DNA of 52,828 nt from an uncultured Armatimonadales bacterium (GCA_964246575.1 CAXTRL010000001.1:1-52828), one strand, 5' to 3'; numbered from the stretch's first letter, positions 36,203 through 44,650 are shown. The notes: generated by a model from the sequence alone, not told the origin. Numbers and translations are program-made.

Positions 36203-37348
36203 TCATTCTTCTTGGGCGTCGCCCCGCTTGCTTACCATTACCCCTGATGTTTGCCTCTGCGGTACAGACAGGTGATAGCGCGTGTACTTGAGTTCGCCTT
36301 CCTTCCGTAGCGCCTCTTTCTCTACCAAGTCGGCAAGGTCGCGGGTTGCCGTCGCATGGGGTGCCCCAGTGATGGCTGAGTATTTGCTAGCGCTCAGGCC
36401 GCCGACAAACCCACCCGGACCTTCCCGGAACATACGCAGCAAAGCCTTTTCCTGCCGTGCGTTCAGTCTCCCGCGCAGACGATCCAGCATCCGCGCCTTG
36501 TCTTGAATGAACAGAACCTCTGTTAAGGTGCGGCCCTGCGCTTCGAGGACCAGACCCGCGAACCACAGCAGCCAGGCCGTAATTTTGTTCGACTGGCTGG
36601 ACGACGCCAGTGCCTCGTAGTAGCTCTTGCGGCGAGCAAGAAGCGTTGAGGACAGCGAAACAAACGTCGGCTGCCCAACGCCCTGCGAAAGCGCCTTCTC
36701 CGCGATAGTTCTTCCCACACGCCCATTACCGTCTTCAAACGGATGAACGCTCTCAAAGTACAAGTGGGCAATCCCTGCCCGTGTCAGCGCAGGCAGAGAT
36801 GCCCTGGCCCCGTTGAACCAGTCAATAAAGCGGCTCATTTCTGCAGGCACCCGTGCAGAGGGCGGCGCTTCAAAGTAAACTTTGGGCTGGTCGAGTCGCC
36901 CCGACACGATCTGCATCGGCTCGGCACGGGTACGGTATCGCCCGATGTCCTCCAGGTCACTGCGCCCCCGCACGACCAGCGACTGCCAGACGCAAAGACT
37001 TTCGGGCGTAAGCGGTTTATCGAAAGTCAGAAGCGCATCCACCGTCATCTCGGCCACCCCCTGCGCGGCGAGAGGGGCGCTTTGGTCATCAGCCAGCAGA
37101 CCAAGATTTTTCCTGATCGAAGACTGGACGCTGGCCCGGTCCAAGATTTCTCCCTCGATTTCGGAGGTGCTGAGGGCTTCGCTGCTGAGAAGTTCCACGG
37201 TAAGCTGGCTGCGCTCCTCAGTCTCAAGGTGCGCTATGGCTCCCAGCAGCATTCCACCACCCACGAGAAATTGCCTCTCCGCCTGCTCCAGGGGAGAAGC
37301 CTCCCACCGAAAGTCAGGCCAGTCTTGCTGTTGCCAGTTCCAGATCAT
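36203..37348 (-). CDS. Fic-family AMPylase-type protein (DUF4172 N-terminus, C-terminal winged helix)
   Basis: Fic motif HPFEDGNGRVGR. The N-terminus MIWNWQQQDWPDFRW is typical of DUF4172-Fic proteins. An inhibitory-helix motif TSEIEG, (S/T)xxxE(G/N), lies upstream of the core. Confidence 0.93.
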   Translation of the reverse strand: MIWNWQQQDWPDFRWEASPLEQAERQFLVGGGMLLGAIAHLETEERSQLTVELLSSEALSTSEIEGEILDRASVQSSIRKNLGLLADDQSAPLAAQGVAEMTVDALLTFDKPLTPESLCVWQSLVVRGRSDLEDIGRYRTRAEPMQIVSGRLDQPKVYFEAPPSARVPAEMSRFIDWFNGARASLPALTRAGIAHLYFESVHPFEDGNGRVGRTIAEKALSQGVGQPTFVSLSSTLLARRKSYYEALASSSQSNKITAWLLWFAGLVLEAQGRTLTEVLFIQDKARMLDRLRGRLNARQEKALLRMFREGPGGFVGGLSASKYSAITGAPHATATRDLADLVEKEALRKEGELKYTRYHLSVPQRQTSGVMVSKRGDAQEE

Positions 37349-37377
37349 GAGTTATAGAATTCCCTCTTATAACTCAT
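37347..37377. promoter_or_regulatory. perfect 10-bp inverted repeat spanning the Fic start codon
   Basis: atgagttata (37347-56) and tataactcat (37368-77) are separated by 11 nt. On the minus strand the SD-like AGAGGGA lies in the loop, and an extended -10 (TGgTATTAT) lies just upstream. Confidence 0.6.
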
Positions 37378-37550
37378 ATAATACCACATTTTGAGTTTTA
37401 GGTTTTGCAGTCATGGAATTTCTGGGCCTGCGTATCCTTGCGCTCGAAGACGACGGGCAGTTTGCCGAAGGTCTGCAAAGAGCACGAAGTAGTGATCAGC
37501 CTCTGCGTCTTCGTATGGGTGGCTGAAATCGCTGAGGCTTCCAGGAGCTA

Positions 37551-38312
37551 CTACTCTTGGCCTTGATGCGTGTCGCCGTCCGCAATCTGGGTTGCCGCGA
37601 CTTCGACCTTCACGATCACGAACTTTGACTTTGTCATATCTGTCAGGACGCGGCTTAGGGTGAGACGCGCCTGCGGCGGCAAGACGTCCATAAGCATCTG
37701 TTCTAAATTGCCAGGCAGATTGTCAGGGGACAACTTTGCGACAATTTCCCCGGAGACTTCTTGCGCCCGCTCCAGGGAAAGTTCGGGTTCCGGTAGGAGC
37801 AATTCCCTGCGATTGACCAGACCCTGCTCTTCCAAACGGGCTAGGCTTAGTTCCTGGAGCGATTTTTCTGTTTCCACATCGATTTTTCGTGCTTCAGCGT
37901 CGGCCTTCCGCCCTTCGGCCAGCAGTTTAGACGTTTCAGCTTGAAGTTTCTCCGTCTCCGCCTGTATTTTAGGGGTGTCTCTTCGGGTCTTGTAGACGTC
38001 CAAGCATATCGGCGCAAGCCACCGGAGGGCAGCCACACTTCCGGGGACTGCTAGAATGAGCAAGCTGGCATGAAAGGGCGAAGACATCCGAAAGCTGCGA
38101 ACACGAAGTTTGTCCCGCTGACGAAGCCGATACCCGCGGCTTAGAAGTGTTTGCGCGTCGTAGCTTGGGTCGGTTGCTATCCTTAAGATGACATACAGGC
38201 GGTTGTAGGCTTCAACAAACGCGGCCAGTTGGCTTGCATCCGGGAACGCCTCCTCCGTTCCACTGATTTTAATTTGAAAGAAAGTCTGAAGTGGGCGTTT
38301 CGGTCTTCTCAT
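37551..38312 (-). CDS. hypothetical protein with hydrophobic segment and Glu/Lys-rich coiled coil
   Basis: 253 aa. It has a hydrophobic segment (LLILAVPGSVAALRWLAPICL) and a repeat-like stretch (KIQAETEKLQAETSKLLAEGRKADAEARKIDVETEK). It is divergent from the helicase gene. Confidence 0.6.
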   Translation of the reverse strand: MRRPKRPLQTFFQIKISGTEEAFPDASQLAAFVEAYNRLYVILRIATDPSYDAQTLLSRGYRLRQRDKLRVRSFRMSSPFHASLLILAVPGSVAALRWLAPICLDVYKTRRDTPKIQAETEKLQAETSKLLAEGRKADAEARKIDVETEKSLQELSLARLEEQGLVNRRELLLPEPELSLERAQEVSGEIVAKLSPDNLPGNLEQMLMDVLPPQARLTLSRVLTDMTKSKFVIVKVEVAATQIADGDTHQGQE

Positions 38313-38649
38313 AGATTTTTGTTCGCTTGCGGCAATTCTTTTTCGATGACACCGGACGCTTCCGCGCTGAACGTCATCCGCCGCGATGCGCGTTTCCCAG
38401 ACGGTGACATATGATTATGGCATGATGATTTTGCTCCGGTCAATGCTCTGTTTTTCCCACTTACTCGCCCCAGGCGGCTTCTTTACAACTTTCTTCGTAG
38501 TGTTAAATAAAGAAGTTCAGGGGCTGTCGCCGAACAGTAGTTTGGTCAAGAGGATTTGACAAAGAAAAGGCGAACATACAGTCTTCCTAACAAGAATTTG
38601 TTTGGTAAAGCCGTTTCCGCAAAAAAGATATTCCTCCGAGTAATTAACC

Positions 38650-41600
38650 ATGCCAAGAATCTTTGACAACATCGAGACGCCCCTCCTTTCCGCTTTGCAG
38701 AAGACGCTGGGGCATTCTGAGCGGGCTGACTTTTGCGTCGGGTACTTCAACCTGCGTGGCTGGCGATACCTGGACAAACACATTGAAGAATGGCCTGGCG
38801 GGGAAGGGCACTGCTGCCGCCTGCTGGTCGGGATGCAAAAAACGGATCATGATGACCTGAAAGCGGCGCTAGGCGTCGGCACCGATGATGAAATGGACAA
38901 TGCCCGTGCGCTGGAAAAAAAGCGCGAACTGGCGCGGGAGTTTCGCCAGCAGCTTATGGTCGGCACCCCCAGCGACGCGGACGAAGCAGGGCTGCGGCGG
39001 CTGGCACACCAGATCACCGACGGCAAGCTAACCGTGAAACTTTTCCTTAGCCACACGCTTCATGCCAAGCTGTACCTCATGTTTCGCCCCGATCCCGATA
39101 ACCCGCGCACAGGCTACGTCGGCAGCAGCAACCTAACATTCTCCGGGCTGTCCGGTCAAGGTGAACTCAATGTAGATGTGGTGGACCACGACGCGGCCTG
39201 CAAGTTGGCAAACTGGTTCGATGCCCGCTGGGAAGACCGCTGGTGCGTGGACATCTCGCAAGAACTCGTGGAAATCATTGAGGAAAGCTGGGCGCGAGAG
39301 GCGCTCATCCCACCTTATCATATCTACGTCAAAATGGCATACCATTTGTCCCAAGAAGCGCGGTCGGGGCTGGCCGCATTCCGCATCCCAAAAGTCTTCG
39401 GCAACACGCTCTTTGAGTTTCAAGAAGCGGCGGTCAAAATTGCAGCGAGGCACTTAGACAAGCGCGGCGGTGTGCTGATCGGCGATGTGGTGGGCCTCGG
39501 CAAAAGCCTGATGGCGACGGCGCTGGCGCGGATGTTCGAAGACGAGTTCGGCATGGAGACTTTGATCCTTTGCCCCAAAAACTTGGTGCCGATGTGGGAG
39601 CATTACCGGACGGAATACGGCCTACGCGGAACCGTGCTGTCGGTGACGAAAGCCCGGACCAAACTGAAAGACTTAAAGCGTTACAAGCTGGTGATCTTGG
39701 ATGAAAGCCATAATTTCCGCAACCGTGAAGGAAAAACATACAAAGCGGTTCGGGAATACATCGAGCATAACGATAGTCGGTGCATTTTGTTGTCAGCTAC
39801 GCCTTACAACAAAACATTCCTGGACCTATCAAGCCAGCTTCGACTGTTTGTCCCTGAAGACAAAGACTTAGGGATACGGCCTGAGCGTCTTCTGCGTGAT
39901 ACCGGAGACGTCGTCTTCAATATGAAGTATCAGTGCTCGCCCCGCTCGCTGGCTGCCTTTGAGAAAAGCGACTATGCCGAAGACTGGCGTGAACTCATGC
40001 GGCTGTACATGGTGCGCCGCACGCGGGGCTTTATTCTCGAAAACTATGCCCAGATGGACCCAAAGACGGAGCGAAAGTACCTGACATTCGCCGACGGTAC
40101 GCGCAACTATTTTCCCGTTCGCGTTCCGAAGACACTTAAATTTGACATTGACCCGCAATACGCCAGCCTTTTTTCCTCGGACGTGGTGGACATCATCAAT
40201 GGCCTGCACTTGCCCCGTTACGGCCTCGGCAACTATGAGGCGCAGACGCCTGACAAGCCGCCGACAACAGCGGAAGCGGCGGCGCTCAAAGACCTCGGAC
40301 GGGCGGGCAAGCGGCTAATGGGATTTTGCCGCACAAACCTGTTCAAGCGCCTGGAGTCCAGTGGGGAAGCGTTCATTCTGTCGGTAGAGCGCCATATTCT
40401 CCGCAACTTTGTTTTCCTTCATGCGCTTGAACATGGCCTTCCTCTTCCCATCGGTCCGCAGGATGCCGCGCTTTTGGACACGCGCACGGCGGACGACGAC
40501 GCCGCCGACACTCAGCAGGACTTTGAAGACGAGGATGCACCGGATGGCGGAAAGCCATCCGGTGACCCTGCACCCGTCAGCAGCATTCGGACCGAGGCGG
40601 ACTTTCAGCAGCGGGCAGCAGCAGTGTATGGCCTCTACGCGACAGAGCAAAAAAAGCGGTTCAAAGCCTGGCTCCCGCCTAGGCTGTTTCGCAAGACTCT
40701 CGCACGGGACTTGCGGGAAGACGCGCACGCGCTGTTTCAAGTGCTGGCACGATGCAATGATTGGGAAGCGGGCAAAGACGCCAAATTAAGTGCGCTCCGT
40801 GACCTTTTGGCACGGCAGCGGCCCAATGATAAAGTGCTCGTATTCACGCAATTTGCCGATACCGCCGCTTATTTAAACCGGGAACTGCGGGAGCGCGGCA
40901 TCACGAAGATCGCCGTCGCCACAGGCCAATCGTCCGATCCCTTTCTGCTGGCGTCGCGCTTCTCACCAGAAAGCAATAATCGCCGCCGCGAGATCACCCG
41001 TGATCAGGAACTGCGGGTGCTGATCGCGACGGATGTTCTCAGTGAAGGGCAGAATCTTCAGGACTGCTTCGTCATTGTCAACTACGATCTCCCTTGGGCG
41101 ATCATTCGCCTAATCCAGCGGGCGGGGCGTGTGGACCGCATCGGCCAAAAAGCCGAGGAAGTCCTTTGCTGCTCATTTTTGCCCGCCGAGGGGGTCGAAA
41201 AGATCATTCGGCTGCGTGAGAGGGTTCAGCATCGCCTCAAAGAAAATCAAGAGGTCGTCGGCTCGGATGAAGCCTTCTTTGAAGATGACCAAAATCAGGG
41301 CTGGCTACGCGGGCTGTACGACGAGTCGGCGGACCTGAACGGTGACCCTGACACGGAAATTGACTTAGCTTCGTACGCTCTCGCAATTTGGAACAACGCC
41401 GTCAAAAACAATCCCAGCCTGAAAAAGACCGTGGAAACGCTGCCGTCTGTGGTGTATTCCACGAAACTCCACATCCCGTCGCCGAACGAGCCAAACGGAG
41501 CACTGGTTTATATGCAGACAGGCGACGGCACGGATGCCCTGGCCTGGATGGATTCGCAGGGACAATCAGTGACGCAGTCTCAGTACACGATTCTGCGGGC

Positions 41601-42018
41601 GGCGGAATGCGAGCCGAGCACCCCTGCCCTTCCACGTCAAGCCAATCATCATGCGCTTGTGAACAAAGGCGTCGAGCAGATCATCAAAGATGAGAAGGGC
41701 ATCGGCGGACAACTGGGCCGACCGTCCGGTGCACGGTTCCGCACCTACGAGCGGCTTCAGCGGTACGCAGAGGATGTTTCGGGAACCTTGTTCGATTCCC
41801 GTGAACTGCACAAGGCCATTGAAGACATTTATCGGTTTCCGCTGCTGCAAGCGGCAACGGACTCTTTGAACGCGCACCTGCGGAGCGGAGCCTCCGATGA
41901 ACTTCTGGTCCAGCTTGTGCTGACCTTGCGACAGGACGGTCGCCTCTGCGTGGTCACGGAAACGAACCAACCGCAAGAAGCACGAATTATCTGCTCGATG
42001 GGCCTGGCCGCGTCTTAA
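38650..42018 (+). CDS. PLD-type (HKD) nuclease domain fused to an SNF2-family helicase
   Basis: HKD motif HAKLYLMF...GYVGSSNLTFSGL. Helicase motifs GDVVGLGKS (I), VILDESHNFRN (II), LLSATPYNK (III), LIATDVLSEGQNLQD (V) and QRAGRVDRIGQ (VI). Confidence 0.93.
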   Translation: MPRIFDNIETPLLSALQKTLGHSERADFCVGYFNLRGWRYLDKHIEEWPGGEGHCCRLLVGMQKTDHDDLKAALGVGTDDEMDNARALEKKRELAREFRQQLMVGTPSDADEAGLRRLAHQITDGKLTVKLFLSHTLHAKLYLMFRPDPDNPRTGYVGSSNLTFSGLSGQGELNVDVVDHDAACKLANWFDARWEDRWCVDISQELVEIIEESWAREALIPPYHIYVKMAYHLSQEARSGLAAFRIPKVFGNTLFEFQEAAVKIAARHLDKRGGVLIGDVVGLGKSLMATALARMFEDEFGMETLILCPKNLVPMWEHYRTEYGLRGTVLSVTKARTKLKDLKRYKLVILDESHNFRNREGKTYKAVREYIEHNDSRCILLSATPYNKTFLDLSSQLRLFVPEDKDLGIRPERLLRDTGDVVFNMKYQCSPRSLAAFEKSDYAEDWRELMRLYMVRRTRGFILENYAQMDPKTERKYLTFADGTRNYFPVRVPKTLKFDIDPQYASLFSSDVVDIINGLHLPRYGLGNYEAQTPDKPPTTAEAAALKDLGRAGKRLMGFCRTNLFKRLESSGEAFILSVERHILRNFVFLHALEHGLPLPIGPQDAALLDTRTADDDAADTQQDFEDEDAPDGGKPSGDPAPVSSIRTEADFQQRAAAVYGLYATEQKKRFKAWLPPRLFRKTLARDLREDAHALFQVLARCNDWEAGKDAKLSALRDLLARQRPNDKVLVFTQFADTAAYLNRELRERGITKIAVATGQSSDPFLLASRFSPESNNRRREITRDQELRVLIATDVLSEGQNLQDCFVIVNYDLPWAIIRLIQRAGRVDRIGQKAEEVLCCSFLPAEGVEKIIRLRERVQHRLKENQEVVGSDEAFFEDDQNQGWLRGLYDESADLNGDPDTEIDLASYALAIWNNAVKNNPSLKKTVETLPSVVYSTKLHIPSPNEPNGALVYMQTGDGTDALAWMDSQGQSVTQSQYTILRAAECEPSTPALPRQANHHALVNKGVEQIIKDEKGIGGQLGRPSGARFRTYERLQRYAEDVSGTLFDSRELHKAIEDIYRFPLLQAATDSLNAHLRSGASDELLVQLVLTLRQDGRLCVVTETNQPQEARIICSMGLAAS

Positions 42019-42040
42019 ATGCTCTTGAACTGCAAGTCTT

Positions 42041-43582
42041 ATGACATCGCGACCCGCAGAACTTTTACGCTCCGGTGATTTAGCCCGACTTTTTATTGAT
42101 GGGCTGGGCTGGGACCAAAATGCACGGCCTCTTCCGGTGACCATCGTTGAGATCGGCGTCGACACCCACCGGACGTTTACGTTCCGTCTCGCAGGGATTG
42201 CTCAAAAGCGGGGGGCACAGGTGTTTTTGTGTCCGCCCGACGAATATGGACGGATTCTAGGTCAAAAGACGCGGCGACTGATCCAGGACCAGGTGAAACG
42301 CGCTGCTCACCACAACGTGATTGTCTTCACGGGCGCGGACCGGAGGGTGCAGGTTTGGCAATGGGCCGAGCGGCAGGCAGGCGAGCAGTCAATGCGCGTG
42401 TACGAGCACAGCATCGGCAGCACCCTGAAGGAGGCGGCACTCCTCGCTCGCCTTGCCGCGATCACGTTCGGCAGCAATGAAGAGGCGGAACTCACCCTAA
42501 CGGATGTGGTGCGCCGCTTGAAGTCCGCCTTCACGGATGACCACGGCCCTATCCAGCGTGGCAGGCATGGGCGCGACGGCCTGCGGGCTTATAATCTAGC
42601 CGAACTAGATAAGGGAATTCAGTTTTGGTGGGAACAGGTTTTGCGTGAGCCGCGCATGACGGCGGAACAAGAGTATCCACTTGCCTGCGCCATGCAGAGC
42701 GGCGACGCACAGGCGCGAAACCGGATGATCACGGCTCACTTGCATCTAGTTGCTCGAATTGCGTGGCGCGTGGCAGGCAAATACGGTTGTTCCCTCGATG
42801 ATTACTTCGACTTGGTTCAGACGGCTAATTTGGAAATGATGCGCTTGGCCCCTGGGTTTGACCCGAACGAAGGGGTGCGCTTTCAGACCTTTTTGTGGCC
42901 GCGCCTTCTGAAAACGCTGGAGCGGATTTTGGCGGGCGAAGAGGGACCGATCCCGATTCCACGCTACATCTTGGACGCGCTGCCGAAGTTCTCGGAGCGC
43001 CATGCCGCCGCCGAAGATCGCCTCACTCATCAACTCGGACGGATGCCGTTCGAGTCTGAAGTCACAGACCGCCTGGCCGCAGAATATCAGGTGCCGCCTG
43101 AGAAAATCGCTCGCGTTCTTTTCATTCAGGAGGCCATGCTGTCATGGGATGTGCTGGTGGCCGAACTGCACGGTGCTGAACAGGATGCAGTTGAAGAGGA
43201 ATGGAAGACGGAGGAGGCACCGTCGGCTTTCGCGTTGATGATTGACGGCAGCCATCATCAAGCCCCCTCAGAGGCCGCGATAAATATGGTGCGGCGGGAA
43301 CAGCTTGAGATTGTACTTGGCAGCCTGACCCCGCGTGAGCGGGACGTCCTCTGGATGCGTTACGGCTTCGCCGACGGGTTTATGCACACTTTAGAAGAGG
43401 TCGGTCAGCATTTCGCCGTCACCCGCGAGCGTGTTCGCCAGATTGAACTGCGTGCTCTCGAAAAACTGCGACGCATGGGACCGGTCTCCGTTAATGAAAG
43501 ATGCGAGTTGGTCGCTGCTCCCCTGCTCAAACGGCCCCTGATGAACCAGGTCAGCGCCGACGACGCGGACGATGCCATTTAA
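42041..43582 (+). CDS. sigma-70-family protein (regions 2 and 4) fused to an unassigned ~190-aa N-terminal domain
   Basis: Region 2 is RNRMITAHLHLVARIAWRVAGKYG..DLVQTANLEMMRLAPGFDPNEGVRFQTFLWPRLLKTL. Region 4.2 is LTPRERDVLWMRYGF..TLEEVGQHFAVTRERVRQIELRALEKLR. The N-terminus is MTSRPAELLRSGDLARLFIDGLGWDQN... Confidence 0.88.
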   Translation: MTSRPAELLRSGDLARLFIDGLGWDQNARPLPVTIVEIGVDTHRTFTFRLAGIAQKRGAQVFLCPPDEYGRILGQKTRRLIQDQVKRAAHHNVIVFTGADRRVQVWQWAERQAGEQSMRVYEHSIGSTLKEAALLARLAAITFGSNEEAELTLTDVVRRLKSAFTDDHGPIQRGRHGRDGLRAYNLAELDKGIQFWWEQVLREPRMTAEQEYPLACAMQSGDAQARNRMITAHLHLVARIAWRVAGKYGCSLDDYFDLVQTANLEMMRLAPGFDPNEGVRFQTFLWPRLLKTLERILAGEEGPIPIPRYILDALPKFSERHAAAEDRLTHQLGRMPFESEVTDRLAAEYQVPPEKIARVLFIQEAMLSWDVLVAELHGAEQDAVEEEWKTEEAPSAFALMIDGSHHQAPSEAAINMVRREQLEIVLGSLTPRERDVLWMRYGFADGFMHTLEEVGQHFAVTRERVRQIELRALEKLRRMGPVSVNERCELVAAPLLKRPLMNQVSADDADDAI

Positions 43583-43592
43583 GGAAATATGT

Positions 43593-43680
43593 ATGATCGT
43601 TGATATTGCAACTCTTCGTCCGCTGTTGAAGCAGTTCGAGTTCAAGAAACTCTTTAACCTGTTAGGATGGAACAAATTTG
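43593..43680 (+). pseudogene. 5' stub of a third gene, cut off by the IS1 left end
   Basis: An AAGGAAA RBS precedes the ATG at 43593: MIVDIATLRPLLKQFEFKKLFNLLGWNKF, then the IS1 inverted repeat supplies G-stop. The LF..LGW pattern echoes the N-terminus of the sigma-fusion protein. Confidence 0.4.
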
Positions 43681-43731
43681 GGTAGTGTCCTAGATTAGAC
43701 AGTCTTCGTCTATTTCGTGTATACTGTCGCC

Positions 43732-44055
43732 ATGGTCACCGAAACACTTTCTTGCTATCACTGCGGCAGCGTCAACCTGCGGCGGGACGGTAAAGCACCT
43801 AACGGCAAGCAGAGATACTTCTGCCGCGACTGCAAGAAAAGCAGCCGCAAGAACCCGACGCCTCGCGCCTACTCTGCCGAGTTCCAGGCGCAGGTGCTGG
43901 CCGCCTACCATGAGCGCTGTTCGCAGCGGGGCGTGTGCCGCATCTTCGGGATCGCCAAGCAGACGCTCACCGACTGGCTTAAAAAAAGCCGCGCTATTGC
44001 CGCCCCTGAAGAAGACACTGGCAAAAGCGCAGAGGGGCGAGCCGCTGGAACTTGA
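43732..44055 (+). CDS. insA: IS1 InsA-like zinc-finger/HTH protein
   Basis: MVTETLSCYHCGSVNLRRDGKAPNGKQRYFCRDCKKS...AYHERCSQRGVCRIFGIAKQTLTDWLKK. The frame continues into InsB after a -1 shift on CTTAAAAAAAG. Confidence 0.85.
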   Translation: MVTETLSCYHCGSVNLRRDGKAPNGKQRYFCRDCKKSSRKNPTPRAYSAEFQAQVLAAYHERCSQRGVCRIFGIAKQTLTDWLKKSRAIAAPEEDTGKSAEGRAAGT

Positions 44056-44449
44056 TGAAATGTGGTCGTTTGTCGCCCGCCGCAGGAACAAGCGCTGGGT
44101 GTGGCTTGCCCAGTGCCGCCGCACCCGCCAGATCGTCGCCTACGCCATTGGTGATCGCAGCGAGACGACCTGCGCTTTGTTGTGGCGGCGCATCCCGAAG
44201 GCGTACAAGAAGGGTATCCTGTACACAGATTTTTGGTCGGCGTATGCAAAGATGCTGCCTGCAAAGCGGCATCGGGCCACAGGCAAAGGCGACGGTCAGA
44301 CTTGTCATATCGAGCGCTTCAACAACATTCTGCGCCAGAGGCTAGGCCGCTTCGTCCGCAAGACGCTCTCGTTCTCGAAGACCGACCAGATGCACGAAAA
44401 CTGCTTGCTTTTGTTTCTGCACGAACACAACAAAAACTGTCTGAATTAG
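43910..44449 (+). CDS. insB: IS1 InsB-like DDE transposase frame (expressed as an InsAB' fusion by -1 frameshift)
   Basis: LELDEMWSFVARRRNKRWVWLAQ...YAIGDRS...YTDFWSAY...GQTCHIERFNNILRQRLGRFVRKT. Confidence 0.85.
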   Translation: MSAVRSGACAASSGSPSRRSPTGLKKAALLPPLKKTLAKAQRGEPLELDEMWSFVARRRNKRWVWLAQCRRTRQIVAYAIGDRSETTCALLWRRIPKAYKKGILYTDFWSAYAKMLPAKRHRATGKGDGQTCHIERFNNILRQRLGRFVRKTLSFSKTDQMHENCLLLFLHEHNKNCLN

Positions 44450-44650
44450 GACACTACCCGTAACTTTATTAGAACATGATGCCTATGGTCTCATTCAGTA
44501 TCTCTTTAATCTAGCACCTCTACTTGTTGCACCAGCAAGTTCACACCCGATCCGCGCTTCTCGGCTCTGCCATTGACAATGAGCGCCGCGTGGAGGTTCC
44601 GTGCTTTGTGACCGCAGGTCACTGTGTGCCTGAAGCCGCGCTGGCTGCGT

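Larger units (their letters stand above)
43681..44458 (+). mobile_element. IS1-family insertion sequence, copy 2 (apparently intact)
   Basis: IRL is GGTAGTGTCCTAGATTAGACAGT. IRR (reverse complement) is GGTAGTGTCCTAATTCAGACAGT. insA and insB frames are present, with an A7 slippery run at 43981-43987. Confidence 0.9.

Noticed and set aside
43690-44308. Minus-strand ORFs inside IS1 copy 2 (43690..44124, 43905..44264, 43994..44308)
   Set aside because: They are antisense to the insA and insB frames, which have clear IS1 motifs.
34616-44458. Interpretation as an active composite IS1 transposon
   Set aside because: The two copies are clearly diverged. Copy 1 has a broken insA and a broken frameshift site. 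No matching target-site duplications flank the ends, and genes at the junctions are truncated.
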